Source: an uncultured Candidatus Saccharibacteria bacterium (lineage in GTDB: Bacteria; Patescibacteriota; Dojkabacteria; B142; JAFGMG01). Taken from it: 64,000 bases of DNA. The DNA lies in NCBI GenBank assembly GCA_964444125.1, contig CAYUFB010000001.1, positions 26,053 to 90,052 on the forward strand, read 5' to 3'. Positions 29,619 through 38,749 of the stretch are shown here, piece after piece. The first letter of the stretch is position 1, and each line of letters begins with the position of its first letter. Made by a program: the position numbers and the translations under genes. The notes under the pieces were generated by a model. That model ran no database searches and had not been told where the DNA came from. It worked only from the letters and a program-made list of their open reading frames with translations.

Positions 29619-29840
29619 ATGATTATCAAAATCAAAGTAAAATTAAGAAAAAAAGAAGCGAAGGTTAGAGAAGTCGCAGAAAATACTTACGAAGTATCGT
29701 TGAAGTCCTCGCCTATAGAAAACAAAGCAAATCTGGAATTGATTGATTTGCTCTCAAAATACTTCAATGTCTCAAAATCTAATCTCAAATTCAAATCCGG
29801 CCAATATAATAAGGAGAAGGTGATTGAAATTCAAGAATGA
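29619..29840 (+). CDS. DUF167/YggU family protein
   Basis: PIENKANLELIDLLSKYF, SG...KEK. Confidence 0.85.
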   Translation: MIIKIKVKLRKKEAKVREVAENTYEVSLKSSPIENKANLELIDLLSKYFNVSKSNLKFKSGQYNKEKVIEIQE

Positions 29841-29958
29841 TAGTATATTTTTTTAGGTTTAAAATCATAAGATATCTACCGAGGACTTCTTCACTTGTTA
29901 CATAGATTTTGACTTACTATAATCTATGCAAATTGAAATTACTTGTTAAATATATCCA

Positions 29959-30666
29959 ATGATAGGAAGCAAAATCCAAAGAGAAATATTATCCAAATGT
30001 AGTTTTTTTGAAAAAGGAGCAAGGTATTTTGAACTAAGACCTGAGGAAGTAGAAAATGATCTGTTTAATTATCATTTACAAGAATTAGTGAAGAAAGGTT
30101 TTTTAAATAAATTAACAGATAAATATACAATTACTTTGAAAGGTAAATCATTTGTGACAAATGTTGATGAGAAAGATTTACAAACTCCACCTACTTATAA
30201 AGTTAGTGTCTATTTATGCCCTGTCAAAGGCAATAAAATAATACTTACTAGACGATTGAAACATCCTCAATACGGTTATGTCGGATTAATTGCTGAGAAA
30301 AAAAGATATGGAGAACAATTAGAAGATACCGCCAAAAGAGCTTTGCTTGAAGAAACTGGTTTAGTTGCTAGAAATGCAAATTTAATTGGTAATTTGCATC
30401 AGATTCGAAAGAATGACAAGGGCGAAGTGGTTGAGGATGGAATATTTTATATTTTTTTTATTGATAAATTTACAGGCAACCTTATTGAGAAATCTGTCGA
30501 AGGAGAGTATTTTTGGGTAGATCTTGATGAAGTGAAGGAAATTAAAAAAATTTTCAAACCAAGTTTGGAGGTAGTGATTAATGAACTTCAAGAAAGATTG
30601 TCAAATAAGAAAGACTGGGAAGATAAATTTATATATGAATTTCTGCCTGAGCCTGAGGATTATTAA
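29959..30666 (+). CDS. wHTH-Nudix fusion protein
   Basis: FNYHLQELVKKG HTH; Nudix-like GE...TAKRALLEETGL. Confidence 0.85.
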   Translation: MIGSKIQREILSKCSFFEKGARYFELRPEEVENDLFNYHLQELVKKGFLNKLTDKYTITLKGKSFVTNVDEKDLQTPPTYKVSVYLCPVKGNKIILTRRLKHPQYGYVGLIAEKKRYGEQLEDTAKRALLEETGLVARNANLIGNLHQIRKNDKGEVVEDGIFYIFFIDKFTGNLIEKSVEGEYFWVDLDEVKEIKKIFKPSLEVVINELQERLSNKKDWEDKFIYEFLPEPEDY

Positions 30667-30796
30667 TATTCCCAAATTTTTGGAGTTAAATCTCAAATAT
30701 GTTTTTTAATTGTATTGGCTTCAATGTCTTTTTCCCTTTGCCTCAAGATAGATTCTTTGTATACTGATCTTAGATTACTTCTTATTATTTATATAT

Positions 30797-31222
30797 ATGA
30801 CAATCTCCGATTACCTGATACTTTATCCTGTCGCATTTATTTCCTTTTTGTTAATTGATTTTATCTGGCTTGGATTTGTAGCCAAGGGTTTGTATAGCGA
30901 TATGCTTGGGCCATTGATGCGAAGAAATGCTCAAGGAGATCTCAATCCTATTTGGTGGGCAGCGATATTATTCTATGCTTTATTTGTAGCGATACTTGTA
31001 TATTTTGTCATGCCAAGAGCAATTGAAGCAAATTCTTTTTGGATTACGATTCTTAATGGCGCGCTTTTTGGACTTGTCACATATGCCACATACGATCTGA
31101 CAAATTATTCAACTTTACAAGGCTTCCCGCTAAAAATCGTATTTATAGATATCATCTGGGGTATGGTGCTTTCTGCAAGTGTCATCGGTGTCACCTATGG
31201 AGTGTGGAGTTATGTTCGCTAA
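30797..31222 (+). CDS. DUF2177 membrane protein
   Basis: DFIWLG, YATYDLTN, DIIWG. Confidence 0.9.
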   Translation: MTISDYLILYPVAFISFLLIDFIWLGFVAKGLYSDMLGPLMRRNAQGDLNPIWWAAILFYALFVAILVYFVMPRAIEANSFWITILNGALFGLVTYATYDLTNYSTLQGFPLKIVFIDIIWGMVLSASVIGVTYGVWSYVR

Positions 31223-31398
31223 TAGTGTCATTTGTTCGCATATTGAATTCTTTCTGAGTTTGCGTATTATTGATTGATCGTTTTGATTTAATTTATGAAT
31301 TGCATTGTATATAGATAGCTTTTGTTGATAATTATTCAATTTAACTATAAAAATTTAAATTATTCTTGTATAATTGAACTTAGTTTAACAATTTAGTC

Positions 31399-31470
31399 GC
31401 GGGCATAGTATAGCGGCTATTATGTCAGTTTTCCAAACTGAAGACACGGGTTCGATTCCCGTTGCCCGCT
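31399..31470 (+). tRNA. tRNA-Gly(TCC), CCA not encoded
   Basis: GCGGGCA/TGCCCGC acceptor, TCAGT-TTTCCAA-ACTGA anticodon arm, GGTTCGATTCC. Confidence 0.97.
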
Positions 31471-31484
31471 TTTAGATTTAGTTT

Positions 31485-31561
31485 GCAATACTGAGCATGT
31501 CGAAGAAGAGCAATACTAAATCTTAAATCCCGTAAACAAATGAAATGAAGTTTTACGGGAT
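31485..31561. repeat. REP/MITE-like elements downstream of tRNA-Gly
   Basis: GAGCATGTCGAAG between GCAATACT direct repeats; ATCCCGTAAA...TTTACGGGAT hairpin. Confidence 0.7.
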
Positions 31562-31570
31562 CTAATTCCC

Positions 31571-31648
31571 AAAAGAGAAAGAGAGAAATTCTTAAAATCC
31601 GGTATCGGAAGACAGTTGATAAAGATATTGATTCTTGGGAACACGTGA
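31571..31648 (+). pseudogene. C-terminal remnant of a small GIY-YIG nuclease
   Basis: REKFLKSGIGRQLIK; no start codon or N-terminus in frame. Confidence 0.6.
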
Positions 31649-31804
31649 ATCGTTTACAACCCCAAACTAAAACAATATAATTACTCTATGAATATCAGGT
31701 GAGCGAAAATAGAGAAGTACGATTTGGATTTTAATCAATTGCCAATTCATAAATAATAAAGTCCTAATTTCGTCTTATTATCAATACTTATTATCAAACC
31801 TATA

Positions 31805-32122
31805 ATGATTCATATGAGCAAAAGTAATGATGCAAAAGGTTGGTATCTTGGTCCATGGAATTCAGAAATTGAAGTCCCAATAGGGTTTGCGAATGAAGGT
31901 ATAAAAGAAAAACATGTGCATCATAAAATGAACGAAATATATTTGATAGCAAGGGGGACAAGTACTATCGAAGTTGACGATAAAGAGATAACTCTCAAGG
32001 AGGGAGATATAATTGTTTTGGAGCCTAACGAAATTCATACATTTAAAGATAGTTCAAAAGATTATTTACATTTTGTCATTCACACTCCATTTGTAAAAGA
32101 TGACAAGGAGTTAGTTAAATAA
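31805..32122 (+). CDS. Cupin domain protein
   Basis: HVH...EIY, EPNEIH. Confidence 0.9.
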   Translation: MIHMSKSNDAKGWYLGPWNSEIEVPIGFANEGIKEKHVHHKMNEIYLIARGTSTIEVDDKEITLKEGDIIVLEPNEIHTFKDSSKDYLHFVIHTPFVKDDKELVK

Positions 32123-32123
32123 T

Positions 32124-32678
32124 ATGAATATTAGAAAAGCAAAATATGAGGATTATGATTTGATCGTCAAGCTAAGAAAACCGATCTTAACTCCTCAAGT
32201 CCGAACAAATTATGAGTTAAGTCAAAGTGGCTTTCTGATTGGAGATTACTCGATACAAGATTTTGAGAAGGATATGAAAGATATATTTCTTGTTGCTCTT
32301 AAGAATAAGGAAGTTGTCGGATACATTGTTTTGTCCAAAGTGAAAGAGTATTTGGATAATGAATCCAAAGTTTGGAATGAAGAAGCCTATAAAGAAAAAT
32401 ACTATTCGTTAGATACCATTGAAATCAAAGTACTATGTGTCTCAGGTTCTTATGCCAATCGTGGTTTAGGGAGTGCATTACTTGAAACATCTCTAGATTT
32501 ATTGAATGCAAAGTATAAAAGGATCTCTAGTATTATTACACTTGCTCCGGTTCCAAATTATAAATCGCTGAATTTCCATTTGCATAAAGGGTTTAAGGTT
32601 GTTTCAATATCTTTGCCTCAGAAGCTTTTTGGATTTGAGAATTACCAGAGTATCTTGCTTATGAAAGAGCTCATGTAG
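32124..32678 (+). CDS. GNAT acetyltransferase
   Basis: V....NRGLGSALL, N..SL.FH...GF. Confidence 0.88.
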   Translation: MNIRKAKYEDYDLIVKLRKPILTPQVRTNYELSQSGFLIGDYSIQDFEKDMKDIFLVALKNKEVVGYIVLSKVKEYLDNESKVWNEEAYKEKYYSLDTIEIKVLCVSGSYANRGLGSALLETSLDLLNAKYKRISSIITLAPVPNYKSLNFHLHKGFKVVSISLPQKLFGFENYQSILLMKELM

Positions 32679-32834
32679 GTTTTCTCCATTTGGTCTTACC
32701 TTTTTTGATAATAATAGCGATCTATAAATATTTCCCAAATTATTGTATAATCTCTCAGAGATTCAGAAAAAAGAAAAGCAATTTTTCAATAAATTCTATT
32801 AAATCTTTAGCTATTCATATTAAAAATTAGTACC

Positions 32835-33002
32835 ATGGCAAAAAAAGGAAACAGACAACTTGTCAGATTGATTAACAAAATTACAGGTACTTTCTATGTA
32901 TCAGAGAAGAATAGAGTTAATACAACTGATAAGATGAAAGTCAAAAAGTTTGACAAAAAAACCGGCAAACATGAAATGTTTGAGGAAATCAAGATCAAAT
33001 AA
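32835..33002 (+). CDS. rpmG: 50S ribosomal protein L33 (Zn-free type; absent from the ORF track)
   Basis: MAKKGNRQLVRL...TGTFYVSEKNRVNTTDKMKVKKFD...HEMFEE, 55 aa. Confidence 0.95.
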   Translation: MAKKGNRQLVRLINKITGTFYVSEKNRVNTTDKMKVKKFDKKTGKHEMFEEIKIK

Positions 33003-33206
33003 GTGAGCAAAGAGCATAAGTGAAAACTTTGCAAAAGCAGTCTGGAGCTTTTTAATTCAGGCAATACAATAAAATTTAAGATAACTTAAATCAAGTTAAA
33101 CAAAAGGTGGAACCGTCCTCTGTTAGTTGCAGAAAAGTTTTATTAAACAGGGACCCTTACAATAAGTATACTAATAAATAGTTACTTGTTGTGAGGGTCT
33201 TTTTTG
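33003..33206 (+). promoter_or_regulatory. T-box-type antiterminator/terminator upstream of thrS
   Basis: AAGG-TGGAACC-GTCCTCTGTT pairs with AACAGGGAC-CCTT; competing terminator GACCCTTACAATAAGTA/TACTTGTTGTGAGGGTC plus T tract. Confidence 0.8.
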
Positions 33207-33250
33207 TTTATATATTTAGTCTTACTTGTTTGTTTTGGGTAGCAATTTCG

Positions 33251-33299
33251 AAAACTGGAGACTAAATGCTGAAGACTGAAAGCTGAATACTGAATACTT
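33251..33299 (+). repeat. Heptamer array (AATACTG-like, 7 units) upstream of thrS
   Basis: aaaactg gagacta aatgctg aagactg aaagctg aatactg aatactt. Confidence 0.8.
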
Positions 33300-33319
33300 A
33301 TTTTTTATTATTAATCAAA

Positions 33320-35152
33320 ATGGCCGACAAATATGAGGATTATAAAGATAACTTACCCAAATATGTCAGTGACACAAATTTTCATCTATATTGCATCAGG
33401 CATAGTTGTGAACATGTGCTGACTCAGGCAATGCATAATATCTGGGGAGAAGAAAAAGTCGTCATGGCTATGGGGCCTGCTACAGAAGATGGGTTCTATT
33501 TCGACTTCGATCCTTCAGAAGATCTGAAAATTTCGGAAGAAGATTTTGCGAAAATCGAAGAGGAAATGAAAAAAATAATTAAAGAAGGCCAGGAGATTAA
33601 AAAAAGAGAAATCTCAATTGAAGAAGCACGTAAACTATTTGCAAATAATCCATACAAACAAGAATGGCTTGATGAAATTGAAGCGAAGGGTGAGAAGTCT
33701 GTAAGTATTTATGAAAACTTCAATCAAAAAGGAAAAGTAGTCTTTGTCGATCTTTGCAAAGGACCACATATATCAAATACTTCAGAGATCAAAGCTTTCA
33801 AGTTATTATCTATTGCTGGTGCTTATTGGCGTGGAGATGAATCAAATAAGATGCTTACACGTATCTATGGTACAGCATTTCTTTCGCAAGAAGAATTGGA
33901 AAAGCATTTGGTATTTTTGGAAGAGGTGAAACTTCGAGATCACAAAAGACTTGGTAAACAATTAGATTTGTTTGTTTTTTCTGAATTAGTAGGTGGTGGA
34001 CTTCCGATGTGGACTCCGAAAGGCACTATCCTTCGCGAGGAATTGGACAAATTTGTATGGGAATTAAGGCGTGCGAGAGGGTATCAAAAAGTATCAATTC
34101 CGCATATAACTAAGAAGGCTCTCTATGAGACAAGTGGTCACTGGGCGAAATTCTCAGAAGAATTGTTCAAAATTACAACTAGAGAAGGGCATGAATTTGC
34201 GATGAAACCTATGAATTGTCCTCACCATACTCAAATATATGATCACGTTCAAAGAAGTTATAGGGACTTGCCCCAAAGATATGCTGAGACAACTATGGTT
34301 TATAGAGATGAACAAAGTGGAGAATTATCAGGTCTTTCTCGTGTTAGATGTATCACACAAGATGATGCACATGTATTTTGCAGATTCCCTCAATTAAGAG
34401 AAGAATTTTTTAAAATTTGGGATATTGTAGATGAATTCTATACAAAATTTGGTTTCAAACTAGATGTGAGATTGTCATTTCATGATCCAGAGAATTTCAA
34501 AGTATATCTTGGTACAAAAGAAATCTGGCAAAAAGCAGAAGCTGAATTAGTTGAAATCGCTAAAGAAAGAGGTGTTGAGTACAATGTAACTTTAAGGGAG
34601 GCCGCTATGTATGGACCAAAAATAGACTTTGTTACAAAGGATTCACTTGGAAGAGAATGGCAGGTAGCTACAATTCAACTTGACATGAATATGCCAGAGA
34701 GATTTGATTTGAATTGCATAAATGAATCGGGTGAGAAAGAACGAGTTGTGATGATCCATGCCGCTATCATGGGATCAATTGAGAGATTTGTATCTGTCAT
34801 GATTGAGCATCTTGCTGGTAATTTCCCAGTCTGGTTGGCTCCTGATCAGGTGGTGATTATCCCAATTGGAGAAGATAATCATGCTTATGCCGATAAAATT
34901 GAAAAAGAATTAATCGAAGAAGGTATCAGAGTCCTCAATGATAAAAGAGCAGATACCATGCAAGCCAAAATTAGAGAAGCACAGGAATTGAAAATTCCAT
35001 ATATGGTTATTGTAGGGCGGAGGGAGGAAGAAAATAATACAGTTTCAATACGTTTTAGAGGGAAGAAGGAGAATTTGGTTATTGATCTTAAGGAGTTTGT
35101 TGATAAACTAGAAGAAAAGATTGAAAAAAGGGAATTAGAATTGAATTTGTAA
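33320..35152 (+). CDS. thrS: Threonine--tRNA ligase (lacks N-terminal TGS domain)
   Basis: RHSCEH, DLCKGPH, KPMNCP, QDDAH, GSIERF. Confidence 0.99.
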   Translation: MADKYEDYKDNLPKYVSDTNFHLYCIRHSCEHVLTQAMHNIWGEEKVVMAMGPATEDGFYFDFDPSEDLKISEEDFAKIEEEMKKIIKEGQEIKKREISIEEARKLFANNPYKQEWLDEIEAKGEKSVSIYENFNQKGKVVFVDLCKGPHISNTSEIKAFKLLSIAGAYWRGDESNKMLTRIYGTAFLSQEELEKHLVFLEEVKLRDHKRLGKQLDLFVFSELVGGGLPMWTPKGTILREELDKFVWELRRARGYQKVSIPHITKKALYETSGHWAKFSEELFKITTREGHEFAMKPMNCPHHTQIYDHVQRSYRDLPQRYAETTMVYRDEQSGELSGLSRVRCITQDDAHVFCRFPQLREEFFKIWDIVDEFYTKFGFKLDVRLSFHDPENFKVYLGTKEIWQKAEAELVEIAKERGVEYNVTLREAAMYGPKIDFVTKDSLGREWQVATIQLDMNMPERFDLNCINESGEKERVVMIHAAIMGSIERFVSVMIEHLAGNFPVWLAPDQVVIIPIGEDNHAYADKIEKELIEEGIRVLNDKRADTMQAKIREAQELKIPYMVIVGRREEENNTVSIRFRGKKENLVIDLKEFVDKLEEKIEKRELELNL

Positions 35153-35183
35153 TATACTGATAGTAGGTAATTTAATAATCAAA

Positions 35184-36017
35184 ATGCCAAAGTCAGTAAA
35201 GTTTAATAAGAAATATTTTGCTATTTTTGTAGTAGTGTCTTTGATTGTTATAAGCTTTGGTTCTTGGGTCCTTGTGCAAAAAAGGAGTAATAGTGGCAAT
35301 TCGAAGAATTCTCCACAGACAGTTTCCAAAAGCTTTGATGAAGTCAATCATAATAAACAAGTTCAAGGAATTGATGATAGTGAGATGATTAATGATCTCG
35401 AGTCAACCCCTCAAAAAGTAACAGATGATCAGATAGAGACAAAGGAGTCGGTAAGTACTGTTGTTCACAAACTATCTTCGGTTCCAAAAACAACAACTCC
35501 TGCACCTGCTCCAATACCTAGTCCATGTCCTGTTTCGACAAAAAGTTGTATACCTTGTTCTATTGGTCAATCTTTATGCAGATACGAATCTGGTGCGACA
35601 TCTGGCTTCCTTGGTTGGGCTTGTCAAAATAATAATCTGGGGAATATTAGATATTCTACTGCAAGAATTGGCTATATCACCAAACATGGAGGTCCTGCTC
35701 CTTGTGGTGAGAGAATTGACTCACGTGGTGGTACTTATATGATTTTTTCTACTTATCAAGATGGTAGAAATGCTCTAAGAGCATATTTATTGGCTCTAAA
35801 TGCTGGCACTCATACAGCATATCCTGAATGTGCAAGTGGAAATTGTGATTTAATTTATGTTTTCTCAAAATATGCTCCAGGAGATACAAATTATGCCCAA
35901 AATATAGCAGATAGACTTGGTGTTACAGCTGATACCAAATTTAGATGGGTCGTTGAAAATAAAATGGAGCAATTGCTAAATGCTATTGAGATCAAAGAAG
36001 GCTTTTTTAGTAACTAA
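35184..36017 (+). CDS. Membrane-anchored protein with Pro/Thr stalk and C-terminal NNPGNIR-type lysozyme-like domain
   Basis: TM, TTTPAPAPIP, NNNLGNIRY...F.T..DG..A...KYAP...Y. Confidence 0.65.
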   Translation: MPKSVKFNKKYFAIFVVVSLIVISFGSWVLVQKRSNSGNSKNSPQTVSKSFDEVNHNKQVQGIDDSEMINDLESTPQKVTDDQIETKESVSTVVHKLSSVPKTTTPAPAPIPSPCPVSTKSCIPCSIGQSLCRYESGATSGFLGWACQNNNLGNIRYSTARIGYITKHGGPAPCGERIDSRGGTYMIFSTYQDGRNALRAYLLALNAGTHTAYPECASGNCDLIYVFSKYAPGDTNYAQNIADRLGVTADTKFRWVVENKMEQLLNAIEIKEGFFSN

Positions 36018-36742
36018 GCAATGCTTCTGATTTTTCTAAATAATTTCAGTGGTGCGAGATATAGCTTAAATCTGGTTAAGAAATGAGCAAACATCAATGT
36101 CGCAAACGCTATCGATAATTCCACATGCCAGTATAGGAAATCAAAATCAATCTCTCGAATGGCATCGAAGCGATAAGACATCACCATGATGAATCCAAAA
36201 ACTGCAGATGGAATAAGTCCAAGTAAAAGTAATGTATTGAAAGTTAAATTAAAGGTGTTTTTGTTGAATAATTTGGTTTTGTTTCTTAATTCTGTTTTGG
36301 TCAATCCCCAATATAGTAGGTATAATCCACCTGATATGGCTACGGGTACTAGTGCGTTATAAGGATTATTTGATTTTGTTTCAGATTCTGATGATCGTGT
36401 TGTATAAGTTATATCGCTAATTCCTTCTATTTTGATTTCGCCAATATAATAATTCTCTAAATCTCTGTAAACAAATGGTTTGTGATCTTGGTCCATTCCT
36501 GCTTTATCCTTGAAAGCTTCGGTCATATCTTCTCCGCACCAGGGTAGTATGTCCATGAATCTATCTTCATGATCTTTTAAGTGCTCGGCACTGAAATCGT
36601 ATACTTTTCCTTCGAAAGTCATCCAGCAATCAGCTTCGCTATCATGCAGTTCTACCTCGGATAGAGTATATGAATTTGCAAAAGATAAGGCTGGACTGAA
36701 AAATATTACAAGAACGGGAACTATTAGTGCATATTTCTGCAT
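36014..36742 (-). CDS. Cytochrome b5-like domain plus 3-TM (DUF4405-like) protein
   Basis: YTLSEVELH...DCW...GKVYD, CGEDMTEAF; TM His residues (WH, AH). Confidence 0.8.
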   Translation of the reverse strand: MQKYALIVPVLVIFFSPALSFANSYTLSEVELHDSEADCWMTFEGKVYDFSAEHLKDHEDRFMDILPWCGEDMTEAFKDKAGMDQDHKPFVYRDLENYYIGEIKIEGISDITYTTRSSESETKSNNPYNALVPVAISGGLYLLYWGLTKTELRNKTKLFNKNTFNLTFNTLLLLGLIPSAVFGFIMVMSYRFDAIREIDFDFLYWHVELSIAFATLMFAHFLTRFKLYLAPLKLFRKIRSIA

Positions 36743-36828
36743 GAAATAATAATAATAATTTATTATATAATGGAATTATTCTAAAGAAATAGGTATTATT
36801 TGTCTAATATTTTTAAATTTCTAGCTTC

Positions 36829-37209
36829 ATGTCAAATTATACAAATCCAATTCAGGCAAAAATTGACGAATTTATCAAAGAAAGAGATTGGGACAAATTG
36901 GATACTATTGGAGTCTATAATATGCTTTGTAATATTGGAGAAGAAACAGGGGAGATCTGGAACGAGATTAAATGGATAAATAATGATGAGGATCTGAAAA
37001 AAGTTATTGAAAAAGAAAAAGATGAATTAGCCGATGGTATAGGGGATTTGGTCTGGTGCGTAGCAAGACTTGCAAATATTTTCGGAGTTGACATGCAAAA
37101 AGCAGTTGAAGCAAGCCATGCTGAATATGAAGAGCGATTCCCAATTGATAAGGTCAAAGATCGGTCCGGCAATCCAAGTTTAGGTGGGTATGATGGAAAG
37201 TATGAGTAA
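36829..37209 (+). CDS. MazG-like nucleotide pyrophosphohydrolase
   Basis: EETGE...ELADGIGD, ERFP. Confidence 0.8.
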   Translation: MSNYTNPIQAKIDEFIKERDWDKLDTIGVYNMLCNIGEETGEIWNEIKWINNDEDLKKVIEKEKDELADGIGDLVWCVARLANIFGVDMQKAVEASHAEYEERFPIDKVKDRSGNPSLGGYDGKYE

Positions 37210-37387
37210 TGCTTGCCTGCCTCTGGCAGGCTTATCTTGAGCGAAGTCGAAGGGAGTAATGTTTATCCGCCTCCTTGCCTGCCTTTGGCATGGTGGCGGG
37301 AGTGATGTTTACCCTGAGAGAAGCTCAAGGGAGTAGGTTTATCCGTCTCTGGCAGGCTTGTCCTGAAGGAAGCAGAAGGGAGTGATG
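37204..37387. repeat. Array of 5 short direct repeats (GAGTRATGYTT) separated by REP-like palindromes
   Basis: Repeats at 37204, 37254, 37300, 37331, 37380; inserts CCTGCCTCTGGCAGG, CTTGAGCGAAGTCGAAGG and variants. Confidence 0.8.
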
Positions 37388-37419
37388 AGGATTAATTTGG
37401 AAATTTTAAATAAATATTC

Positions 37420-38037
37420 ATGTGCACTCTGATTTTAACCTCTTATGCTTGTGTCGTAATAGACTTAATAAATAAGCTTCTTCCAAATAAAGAAAAGCTA
37501 AAAGTGGCTTTTCTTCCAACAGCAGGAGATCCTTATGAAGATAAATTCTTTGTCGAGAATGATAGAAAAGCATTGGTAGATTTGGTAATGGACGTAATTG
37601 AGGTTGATATTAAATTGATCAGGCAAAAAGAATTGGAAAAAATACTTAATGATGTAGATATAATTTTTGTCGCTGGTGGTAATGTTTTTTATCTCATGCA
37701 GGAGATGAGAAATAGTGGGTTTGATAGAATTGTTAAAGATATGTTAGAAAAAGGCAAAATATATATTGGCTCTAGTGCAGGTTCTGTTATTTGTTCTCCT
37801 ACTATAGAAGGATTCAAACAATTTGATGACCCATCTTTGGCACCAGGTCTAGAAAATTACAATGGACTTGATCTAGTCGATTCCATAATAATTCCTCATG
37901 CTCAAAAGGAAAAATATTTCGAACGGATAGAGAAGACTTCACTAGCTATGAATAAACTGGGATACGATGTAATAAAATTAACTGACAATCAAGCTTTCGT
38001 CGTGAAAGGAAAGAAAGGTGAAGTGATAAGTAGCTGA
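37420..38037 (+). CDS. Peptidase S51 (dipeptidase E-like)
   Basis: FLPTA, VAGGNVFYL, GSSAG, IIPH. Confidence 0.9.
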   Translation: MCTLILTSYACVVIDLINKLLPNKEKLKVAFLPTAGDPYEDKFFVENDRKALVDLVMDVIEVDIKLIRQKELEKILNDVDIIFVAGGNVFYLMQEMRNSGFDRIVKDMLEKGKIYIGSSAGSVICSPTIEGFKQFDDPSLAPGLENYNGLDLVDSIIIPHAQKEKYFERIEKTSLAMNKLGYDVIKLTDNQAFVVKGKKGEVISS

Positions 38038-38111
38038 CAAAATTTGAAAAACTTAGACTTATAGAAGCATCCTATTTTTTTGTCAGGATTGGTTTCACTT
38101 AGCGACTAAAA

Positions 38112-38195
38112 CGGAGAGGACAGGATTCGAACCTGCGAGGGATTGCTCCCGCAGTCTTTCCAGGACTGTGCCTTGAACCACTCGGCCACCTCTCC
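38112..38195 (-). tRNA. tRNA-Ser(GGA)
   Basis: Reverse complement GGAGAGGTGGCCGAGTGG...CAGTC-CTGGAAA-GACTG, long variable arm, GGTTCGAATCC. Confidence 0.97.
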
Positions 38196-38325
38196 ACGTC
38201 GGAAAACTATCTATTGGATTATAACATTATTTGTTATTTATGAGAGCTGGTATTTTTGTTGATATTATCCTTGATTTATCAGATACTTGTATTGTTTGAG
38301 TTGTTTTTATTATTTGAAAGATACT

Positions 38326-38601
38326 ATGAAAAAATCATTCTGGTTAGTTGCTGGTTTTCTCTTATCAATTCCAGTTGGAGGTATTATCGGGGCATTTATT
38401 GGCTTGATGACAACTACATTCATTCCAATGTGTTGTGAAGATAGCGGCTGTCATAGTTGTTTCGATTTTTATGGAAGAGTAGGATATGAAGCAACAGGTT
38501 TCTTGGGCTTTTGGATCGGATTATTTGTTTTCCCATTGTTATTGATATCGTCAATATTATATATAAAATATGTAATTAAACGGAAATATGCTATAATATA
38601 G
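38326..38601 (+). CDS. Small 2-TM protein with Cys-rich loop
   Basis: MKKSF start; CCEDSGCHSC between the TMs. Confidence 0.65.
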   Translation: MKKSFWLVAGFLLSIPVGGIIGAFIGLMTTTFIPMCCEDSGCHSCFDFYGRVGYEATGFLGFWIGLFVFPLLLISSILYIKYVIKRKYAII

Positions 38602-38749
38602 CTACTTCGATTTTAACTAATGTAGTAATCTTTCGGAGCGTGCCTCTGAAGGAGTTTAATCAAAAATAATCCATTGATAATTTCTTTCGATAAATAGGCT
38701 TAAGCCAGCAAATTTTGTTGGTGTATATTTTTTTTAAAAGAAATTTAAA

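Noticed and set aside
37204-37387. True CRISPR array
   Set aside because: Repeats are only 8-15 nt and degenerate, spacers are related palindromes of uneven length, and no cas genes are present
38628-38722. Structured regulatory leader of the DEAD-box gene
   Set aside because: Two small hairpins are visible but match no motif I know, so the evidence is too weak
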